Virus record (IMG/VR): IMGVR_UViG_3300022555_002641
Span: 32,001 to 96,000 of that record
Direction: 5' to 3' (one strand)
Length of the DNA stretch: 64,000 nt
From: a virus
Shown: in pieces, positions 57,326-64,000 of the stretch
Layout of the letters: every line of letters begins with the position of its first letter
Numbering within the stretch: the first letter of the stretch is position 1
The notes under the pieces: generated by a model
The model's database searches: none
Told to the model about the DNA's origin: nothing
The model's input: only the letters and a program-made list of their open reading frames with translations
Translations under genes and position numbers: made by a program

Positions 57326-58015
57326 ATGAATGAATTTCAAAAATTTGCTATTGGGCACAGTTTCTGCGGACCTGTCGCTATTGCCAAATATACTCAGGCT
57401 GTCAATTCAATTGCGGCTGGTTATATTTCACCGACCATTATTGAGGAACGTCAGTTAAATGTTGCTCAGATGGACGTTTTCTCCAGATTGATGATGGATC
57501 GTATCATATTTTTGGGGACTGCCATCGATGATACAGTCTCAAATATTATTCAGGCACAACTTCTTTTTCTTGAGTCAACAGACCCAACAAAAGATATCAT
57601 GCTTTATTTGAACACACCAGGTGGCGGAGTTCACGCTGGACTTGGCATCTACGACACCATGCAGTATATCACGCCTGAGGTCGCAACTATCTGCACTGGA
57701 ATGGCTGCTTCAATGGGAGCCGTTCTTATGTGTGCTGGTGCCAAAGGAAAACGCAAAGCACTCCCTCATGCACGTGTGATGATTCACCAGCCAATGGGAT
57801 ATGCTGAGGGTCAAGCAACTGACATGCAAATTAGCGTCAATCAGGTCAACATTCTGAAGAAGGAATTGTATAATATAATTTCTATTCATTCTGGTAAAAC
57901 GTATGATGAAGTATACGCTGATTCAGAGCGTGATTACTGGATGACCGCTGAGGAAGCTAAAGCTTACGGAATGGTGGATGAAGTTCTCATCAAAAGTAAG
58001 CGTGAAGAAAAGTAA
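57326..58015 (+). CDS. clpP: ATP-dependent Clp protease proteolytic subunit
   Basis: MDVFSRLMMDRIIFLG, GMAASMG (catalytic Ser), MIHQP (His), ERDYWM (Asp); Bacteroidota-style N-terminus. Confidence 0.96.
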   Translation: MNEFQKFAIGHSFCGPVAIAKYTQAVNSIAAGYISPTIIEERQLNVAQMDVFSRLMMDRIIFLGTAIDDTVSNIIQAQLLFLESTDPTKDIMLYLNTPGGGVHAGLGIYDTMQYITPEVATICTGMAASMGAVLMCAGAKGKRKALPHARVMIHQPMGYAEGQATDMQISVNQVNILKKELYNIISIHSGKTYDEVYADSERDYWMTAEEAKAYGMVDEVLIKSKREEK

Positions 58016-58020
58016 TTTGA

Positions 58021-58057
58021 AGTTGAAAGGAGTGGAACCCCACTCCTTTCAACTTTT
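58021..58057 (+). terminator. hairpin/terminator after clpP
   Basis: AGTTGAAAGGAGTGG-AACC-CCACTCCTTTCAACT. Confidence 0.75.
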
Positions 58058-58079
58058 CTGTAAAATAATACTACATACC

Positions 58080-58325
58080 ATGAAAAATAATGATTTTGAA
58101 AAATGGGTTAATGAAAACTTCAGTAAAGCAAGAATTGAAGAGTTCATAAAAAAATACAAAAACAACTATATGAGTAGTTGTTGGAGTGAAATATTGGAAG
58201 ATGGTGGGGAGGAGTTCGATCCACTTATATATATGGAAGAACTTGATCGTTGTCATTATGATTGCAAATTTAATGGAACTGATCTTAGGCAACTTGAGAA
58301 ATTTTTTAATTACCCGATAGCCTAA
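58080..58325 (+). CDS. hypothetical protein
   Basis: Likely ATG at 58080. Confidence 0.55.
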   Translation: MKNNDFEKWVNENFSKARIEEFIKKYKNNYMSSCWSEILEDGGEEFDPLIYMEELDRCHYDCKFNGTDLRQLEKFFNYPIA

Positions 58326-58343
58326 AAAAATTATGATTATGAC

Positions 58344-59417
58344 TTGGATAAAAACAATTTTATTTTTAGAAGAAGTGGGCATTCGGTAAATTGCGAATAT
58401 TGGAATAACCTCAGTGATGAAGCCAAAGAAGTATTTGCTCAACAGATTTTTGATGAATATCGCACCGATGATAATGGTATTCCATACAACCCAAAAAGTT
58501 TAGGGTACCCATATTATCCAACAGACCATGAATATCGTGTTAAAGAATTCGAAAAATTAAAATCCTTTGATTTCAGTACAGTACTGACAACTGGTGATAC
58601 AATTCGCCAAACTATGCATGGGCTTGGATTAGCATGGTCTTATTTCCCGCATGCATCTGAAGTCGAATGTGCAAATATGATGAGCCCATTAAATGCGTTC
58701 TGTAGTGATTTAATTTTCAAAAAAATTATTCATAAGAGATTAAAAATGGGAACTTATATATCAGATTCTGGAATCAGAAAAATGATAAAAGTTTACACTG
58801 GAGTGCAAGGTGTTTCAAATTTCAGACCAACCGCAGCGGCAGCAATTTATAAAGAGTTTGCACCTAATGGTGTTGTTTGGGACCCGTCTGGCGGATGGGG
58901 TGGTAGAATGCTTGGTGCAATAATAGCAGGGGTTGACACATATGTTACAACTGAGCCAGCAGCATTAACAGTTAAAGGTTTGAAAGAATTGGCTGAAGAT
59001 TTTGCTGGTGATATGAAATACGAAATAATTCAATCTGGCTCTGAAGATTATGATCCAGAACCAGACAGATTTGATCTTTGTTTCACATCACCACCATATT
59101 TCAATTTAGAAAGATACTCCGATGAAGATAGCCAGAGTTACAAAAAATTTAGCAATAAACAATTGTGGATTGATGGATTTTTAGCGTCAACGCTTAAAAA
59201 TTGTTACAAAGGAACAAAACAAGGTAAGCTAACTTTGATTAACATGGCTGATCCAAAGGGAAAGAACGGATTAAATCTGGAAGATGAAATCATTAGAGTG
59301 GCTAAATTAGTTGGGTTTAAATACGAAGGAATGCTTAAATTAGCTCTTTCAAATCCAACAATGAAAAATAAATTATCACCATTTAAATTTGAACCTGTAT
59401 TTATTTTCAGAAAATAA
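58344..59417 (+). CDS. amino-methyltransferase (DNA N4-C/N6-A type)
   Basis: SNFRP, WDPSGGWGGR SAM-binding, catalytic FTSPPY. Confidence 0.8.
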   Translation: MDKNNFIFRRSGHSVNCEYWNNLSDEAKEVFAQQIFDEYRTDDNGIPYNPKSLGYPYYPTDHEYRVKEFEKLKSFDFSTVLTTGDTIRQTMHGLGLAWSYFPHASEVECANMMSPLNAFCSDLIFKKIIHKRLKMGTYISDSGIRKMIKVYTGVQGVSNFRPTAAAAIYKEFAPNGVVWDPSGGWGGRMLGAIIAGVDTYVTTEPAALTVKGLKELAEDFAGDMKYEIIQSGSEDYDPEPDRFDLCFTSPPYFNLERYSDEDSQSYKKFSNKQLWIDGFLASTLKNCYKGTKQGKLTLINMADPKGKNGLNLEDEIIRVAKLVGFKYEGMLKLALSNPTMKNKLSPFKFEPVFIFRK

Positions 59418-59460
59418 TTATTTTTTTGTTATATTTGCTTAAACATTTAAATTAATTAGC

Positions 59461-60051
59461 ATGAAAAAAATCCTACTATTACTTTTTGTATTGGTGTCAA
59501 TGCAAACATTTGCGATTTCACCTGAGCCAGTATCTAAATCTAAACCTGTAATGATTACAAAACCAATGGTTGAATATCATGATACGATGTTCTTTTCAAA
59601 ATATTTTTATTGGCATATACGTAAACAACATGATTTAGCTGATTGGCACGATGATAAAAATGATGAGTTGGGTATTGTTGGATACTTCAAAGTCTGTTTC
59701 TGGTTTACTTTTATATTTTCTTTTATACTATGTATAGTGACATTCCTTGTTGGTGTCGGAAATACAACAACTGAATTTATAATGGGAAATTACGGGTGGC
59801 TATATTTTATATTACACCTTTTTTACTTAGCAATAATTTTTACGTATGGGATATTTCTGGCTAATGTTGGACCTGTCTGGTTTGGGGTTGTTGGAGTTAT
59901 AACATGCATCGTATTAGGAATAACATTAAGCAATTTTCACACAAATACATTTTTACCACTTCTTCAAACTTTTTATAAAAATCACACTACAAAGAACAAA
60001 TTTAAAGACAATTATAATAAAATAAAAAATCAAAAGCCATGGAATCAATAA
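59461..60051 (+). CDS. secreted/membrane protein (signal peptide plus 3 TM)
   Basis: MKKILLLLFVLVSMQTFA and hydrophobic helices. Confidence 0.7.
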   Translation: MKKILLLLFVLVSMQTFAISPEPVSKSKPVMITKPMVEYHDTMFFSKYFYWHIRKQHDLADWHDDKNDELGIVGYFKVCFWFTFIFSFILCIVTFLVGVGNTTTEFIMGNYGWLYFILHLFYLAIIFTYGIFLANVGPVWFGVVGVITCIVLGITLSNFHTNTFLPLLQTFYKNHTTKNKFKDNYNKIKNQKPWNQ

Positions 60052-60890
60052 CAAGTTTAAAAATTCATCAAGACCTTGAGAAAGCAAGAAAAGAATTCGA
60101 TGTCGAAATTCAAAACGTCTCCAAGGCAATGGAAACCCTTTTAAATACAAAGGATGACTCCTTTGATTATTTCAGCCGTCTTGCCAATATCGGATTTAAA
60201 TCTGTGATTGGTATACAAGAAACCAGAGTAAGGTCTGAGCAAATCGCCAAAAATAAAAACATCAAAAATGCTTTTGATACTATTTTTGCGTATTACAAAC
60301 AAAATTATCCGCAATATTCAATCATATCATTGAAAGACATGATCACTGTTTGCGAAAAATACGGATTGATTTTTGGTGCTGTAGCTAATTACAAAAATTT
60401 AATTCCAGAAAAAAATCTCAACGATGTTGAAGAATTTTTCAAAATGATGGATGATCGGGTTAAAAAGGCATCAGACACTTTGGGAAATTACAGAATGAAA
60501 AACATATACCAAAAAAATATGTCATCCCCATTAACAGTTGAAGCATCATTCAGTTTGTCGGATGTTGATAAATACAATCAAATTAATCCTCGTAACGCAT
60601 ATTTACAGATTACCGCTCCTAAGGATCATTTTACATTAGGTCACAGAGACAAGATTATTGGTAGTTGCATTGTTAGTCACGGTGATTTTGATCTATCTGA
60701 AAGCTTTGGTAATAACAGGGAATCCCAAAGATTAGCAAGGGAGGAAAGACGGGCTCGTAGATTAAGAGTTACCGATCCGATTATTTGGGTTCCTGTTCAG
60801 TTCCCGATGATTGGTGGAGCTTGTATGATCATCACAAAATGGGGTGAAGAAGCAAATTACCCAGAATTCGCTAACAGTATTGAAAATTAA
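60039..60890 (+). CDS. hypothetical protein
   Basis: C-terminal DPI...IITKWGEEA. Confidence 0.7.
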   Translation: MESITSLKIHQDLEKARKEFDVEIQNVSKAMETLLNTKDDSFDYFSRLANIGFKSVIGIQETRVRSEQIAKNKNIKNAFDTIFAYYKQNYPQYSIISLKDMITVCEKYGLIFGAVANYKNLIPEKNLNDVEEFFKMMDDRVKKASDTLGNYRMKNIYQKNMSSPLTVEASFSLSDVDKYNQINPRNAYLQITAPKDHFTLGHRDKIIGSCIVSHGDFDLSESFGNNRESQRLAREERRARRLRVTDPIIWVPVQFPMIGGACMIITKWGEEANYPEFANSIEN

Positions 60891-60932
60891 ATTGGAGCCT
60901 CGAACTTCATTTTTGAATCCCGTCCTTGCCAG

Positions 60933-60965
60933 AAAAAAGAAGAACTGTTGTTCTTCTTTTTTTTT
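60933..60965 (+). terminator. intrinsic terminator
   Basis: AAAAAAGAAGAAC-TGTT-GTTCTTCTTTTTT. Confidence 0.7.
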
Positions 60966-61076
60966 ATTAATTTTTTAAACTTTTAATTTAAACACACTAT
61001 AATAACCATGTTAATTAATTTTTTAACATTTTTTAACATTTAAATATTAATATATAACCAAAAAAAAAACAAGAAA

Positions 61077-61328
61077 ATGAAAAAAGTTGCATTAAGTATC
61101 CTTGTAGTTTTAGCTCTTGCAGTTGTTTCTTGCGGTCCTTCACAGAGTGAGATCGCTGAGAAAGCCAAAGCTGATTCTATTAAATTAGCCGATTCAATCG
61201 CTTTAGTTAATACCAAAGCTAAGATTGTTGCTGATTCTATCGTAAAAGCAGATTCTATCAAGAAAGCTGATTCAATCGCTAAGATCAGTGTGAAGGAAGT
61301 AAAAAAGGCTAAAAAAGGTAAGAAGTAA
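61077..61328 (+). CDS. small lipoprotein with five ADSI repeats
   Basis: Lipobox VVSC; own promoter and terminator. Confidence 0.8.
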   Translation: MKKVALSILVVLALAVVSCGPSQSEIAEKAKADSIKLADSIALVNTKAKIVADSIVKADSIKKADSIAKISVKEVKKAKKGKK

Positions 61329-61341
61329 ATTTCCTTCAGCC

Positions 61342-61381
61342 AAAAAAAAAGGAACGGATTTAATTTCGTTCCTTTTTTTTT
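61342..61381 (+). terminator. intrinsic terminator
   Basis: A-run GGAACG...CGTTCC T-run. Confidence 0.8.
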
Positions 61382-61413
61382 ATTTTTGCATAAAAAATGA
61401 TTAACTTTACAAT

Positions 61414-61785
61414 ATGAAAGAATATAGACTTTTCCTTGATGATTATAGAGTCCCATTGGACTCTTTTGGTATTACACGAAATCCTATCTACAAAGAAAAA
61501 TGGATTATTGTAAGAACATATGAAGATTTTTTAAAAACAATTTCGCATTATGGCATTCCAACTATGGTTAGTTTTGATCACGATCTTGTTGATGAGCACT
61601 ATAAAGTTGTGAATGAAAGCCAGTGGGAAGAATATCATAAAAACCCAGCACATCAGCCAACTGGATACGATTGCGCACTTTGGTTAAAAAGATATTGTTC
61701 ATTTAATAATTTACCATTACCAGAATATTATATTCATAGTCTTAGCCAAGTTGGGGGCAAAAAAATAAGAAAACTATTAGGATAA
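61414..61785 (+). CDS. cyclic-phosphate-processing receiver-like domain protein
   Basis: LFLDDYR, VSFDHDL, TGYDCA, IHS. Confidence 0.7.
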   Translation: MKEYRLFLDDYRVPLDSFGITRNPIYKEKWIIVRTYEDFLKTISHYGIPTMVSFDHDLVDEHYKVVNESQWEEYHKNPAHQPTGYDCALWLKRYCSFNNLPLPEYYIHSLSQVGGKKIRKLLG

Positions 61786-61839
61786 TTTTTTTATTTGATT
61801 AATAATCAATATATTTGTATTTAACCAAAAAATACAACT

Positions 61840-62742
61840 ATGAAAATAGGTATTCTAAAAGGTATTAAAAGTTGGCTTTTCGATAAACTTCACGACATTA
61901 ATTCATATCCTGAAGATCAAGAGTTAAGACGGGATATAGAAATTTATGATCATCTTTTACCGCATCTTATTGCTCTACAAAAAAGAATCCTTCCAGCTAA
62001 AATAAAATACTTTTTTAAGCATGAACCAACATTTTTTATAAAGTTTATTCTTAGAATATTATTAAGAGTTTTGATATGGTTATCTGGAATAGCCGCCCTT
62101 GGCGTTGTAGTTGTGGCTGTTGGGGTGTTATTTTTTCACCTTAAAATAAATCTTAAGACTGAGCCAATTAAAGTTGATAATCGTGAGCTTTTAATTTATG
62201 TTCCAAATGTTGGCGTGAAAGAAACTGATTCACTTAACATGGTTTTCTATAAATCAAAAATCAAATCCAAAGCAAAGTTTGTGTGGCTATATGTTAGTAC
62301 ACCAACAAAAACATACGATAAATGGGCAAACGATCTTTGCGGTCTTGAGTCTAAGGATTGGTCAAACCCTTATATTGCCAGAAGGGATGGAAGCCAGTAT
62401 TGGGGAAAATATCAAATGGGCGAATCCGCACGTAAAGCGGTTAAGATGGAAAGATATACTTGGAGCGAGTGGCAAAAGAATCCAGCACTTCAAGAAGCCG
62501 CATTAAGATTGTGGGTTGACGTATTATATAATGAATTGTCTGATGATATTAAAAAATATGATGGTCAGTTTCTGAATGGTTGGCATATTACAACCTCTGG
62601 AATAATCGCTATGGCTCATAACGTGGGTCCTGCTCCAGTAAAAACTTTTCTTCATAGTGGAGGGTCAATCGTACCAAAAGACGGTTCTGGACGAGATGCG
62701 ACAAGATATTTGATATTGGGTGGGTATGATCTTAATTTTTAA
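61840..62742 (+). CDS. membrane-anchored lysozyme-like protein
   Basis: TM helix, then LES...YWGKYQMG...AMAHNVG...DGSG (lysozyme/transglycosylase-like). Confidence 0.6.
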   Translation: MKIGILKGIKSWLFDKLHDINSYPEDQELRRDIEIYDHLLPHLIALQKRILPAKIKYFFKHEPTFFIKFILRILLRVLIWLSGIAALGVVVVAVGVLFFHLKINLKTEPIKVDNRELLIYVPNVGVKETDSLNMVFYKSKIKSKAKFVWLYVSTPTKTYDKWANDLCGLESKDWSNPYIARRDGSQYWGKYQMGESARKAVKMERYTWSEWQKNPALQEAALRLWVDVLYNELSDDIKKYDGQFLNGWHITTSGIIAMAHNVGPAPVKTFLHSGGSIVPKDGSGRDATRYLILGGYDLNF

Positions 62743-62785
62743 TAAATATTTTTGAAAGTTTATGAAAGAATAGTATTTTTGCGAT

Positions 62786-63334
62786 ATGCAAGAAGAAGAA
62801 ATCACATTCGATGATGTTTTAAATCTTATTAAATCACCAGAGAAATCAGATAGAATAATTATTTTAAATGCTGAGGTTATCAGTTCATCATTTATGTGCT
62901 TTCTTAATAGTATTATAAATAGATTTGAGGATAGTAAATTTGTTCATGAATTAAATGATTATTTCATGCCCATCAACAAATTTACAGTAATTGAATTGGA
63001 TGAAATTAAACTGAGTGGGTTCCCAAATACACTGCAATATAGTGAGCCTATTTATAAAGCAAAACGGTTATCTTCATTATTTAGAATTTGGAATAACTTA
63101 TGTATAGAGAAAAATATTAAATTGATGGTGATAACAAATAAGATGTGGGGGTTTAATAATGTTTCACCAATGGCAATGACATATCAGCCATATGCTATAC
63201 TTAATTACAGAACAGATAATAAAGTATATTTTCCAAAAGTTAATGATCCGAAATTTCAGCATGCCATGTTTGATGCAACTGTTTTTGCAAGACGGGCTAA
63301 AATGAATCAACTTAATGACAGAAACCAAATATAA
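62786..63334 (+). CDS. hypothetical protein with C-terminal RRAKMNQL
   Basis: TATTTTTG box upstream. Confidence 0.7.
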   Translation: MQEEEITFDDVLNLIKSPEKSDRIIILNAEVISSSFMCFLNSIINRFEDSKFVHELNDYFMPINKFTVIELDEIKLSGFPNTLQYSEPIYKAKRLSSLFRIWNNLCIEKNIKLMVITNKMWGFNNVSPMAMTYQPYAILNYRTDNKVYFPKVNDPKFQHAMFDATVFARRAKMNQLNDRNQI

Positions 63335-63339
63335 CCAAT

Positions 63340-63765
63340 ATGAAACGAATTTTTTTATTATTGCTACTTATTCCATATTTTGGAATGTCGCAAACAAAAG
63401 ACCAGATCAAAGAATTGGTAATTAATAATTTTATTGGATTATCCAAGGACTCAATATTACATAAATTTCCTGATGGATTGAACAATGATACGTTAGGCGG
63501 TGTAAAATATGACATCATCAGGGGTAGGATAAATAAAATATTAACGACAAGCGTTTTTGATTTATCTAAGAATAAACAACATTGTTTTTATTATAAGATG
63601 CTCATTATGACGACATATATATCACCAAGTGATATCTCAGGCATTTTAAATTCAAATTTCAAGAAAGATAAATCCAAATGGATACAATATAAAGAAAATG
63701 ATACGATTACTTGGTCATACAAAGAAGCACAATACATAGTAACACTCGAAGCACAAAGAAAATGA
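63340..63765 (+). CDS. secreted hypothetical protein
   Basis: Signal peptide ending GMSQ (Bacteroidota-type Q at +1). Confidence 0.7.
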   Translation: MKRIFLLLLLIPYFGMSQTKDQIKELVINNFIGLSKDSILHKFPDGLNNDTLGGVKYDIIRGRINKILTTSVFDLSKNKQHCFYYKMLIMTTYISPSDISGILNSNFKKDKSKWIQYKENDTITWSYKEAQYIVTLEAQRK

Positions 63766-64000
63766 AGAAATTATTTATCATCCTATTACTTTCAATTTTG
63801 TCAATTGCTGGATATTCCCAGCAAATAGATTATAATATCTATACTGGATTGACAAAAAAAGCTATTATATTCAGATTTAAAGATTTTGGATATAATTACA
63901 CATCACAGCAAAAAATGTATGTTAAGATCGATAGCACTGGTAATTGGCAATTAGATAATAATTATTATACGTGGCTTATTTATTATTCTTTTGATGATAA
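63762..64000 (+). CDS. secreted hypothetical protein, truncated by window edge; probable paralogue of the previous gene
   Basis: MKKLFIILLLSILSIAGYSQ...YTGLTKKAIIFRF versus FIGLSKDSILHKF. Confidence 0.6.
   Translation, partial: MKKLFIILLLSILSIAGYSQQIDYNIYTGLTKKAIIFRFKDFGYNYTSQQKMYVKIDSTGNWQLDNNYYTWLIYYSFDD

Noticed and set aside
1-64000. Bacterial chromosome or eukaryotic giant virus origin
   Set aside because: Host-like genes are isolated among ORFans without operon context (nusG lacks secE/rplK neighbours). Tail-like genes, bacterial promoters, intrinsic terminators and overlapping start/stop codons point to a phage. No capsid or terminase gene is in the window, so this remains an inference.
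1-64000. Genome-wide stop-codon reassignment (code 4 or 15)
   Set aside because: Conserved genes end at expected lengths with TGA (tdk, fcl) or TAG (cca, radical SAM), and coding density is high under code 11.

Overview
AT-rich, gene-dense segment that is most likely from a large (jumbo/huge) T4-like tailed phage infecting Bacteroidota. The host call rests on at least 18 Bacteroidota-type TAnnTTTG -7 promoter boxes just upstream of gene starts and on Bacteroidota-style lipoproteins. The phage call rests on tail-fibre/tail-tube-like genes, homing endonucleases and dozens of short ORFans mixed with isolated host-like genes. Those genes cover translation and proteostasis (S1-domain protein, NusG, RF1-like release factor, peptide deformylase, CCA-adding enzyme, class II aaRS-like protein, ClpS/ClpC/ClpP), nucleotide/NAD metabolism (pncB, tdk, purA, NUDIX, dNMP kinase-like), plus fcl, a hybrid histidine kinase and an NAD-dependent DNA ligase. 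There are two transposase-less TnpB elements (IS605-type and IS607-type). Most notable: (1) about 18 otherwise unrelated small proteins end in the same C-terminal motif R-x-x-K-[LIM]-x-x-[LI], a candidate protein-tagging system next to a complete phage Clp protease set; (2) an RF1-type (PxT, GGQ) gene is interrupted by a single in-frame UGA in a genome that otherwise uses standard stops; (3) a second peptide motif (K/R-x-F-E-x-F, resembling the T4 capsid-targeting sequence) marks late-promoter genes; (4) three promoter classes can be read from the sequence; (5) there is a candidate structured ncRNA and a leader-peptide/attenuator. All calls come from reading motifs by eye; no database search was run.
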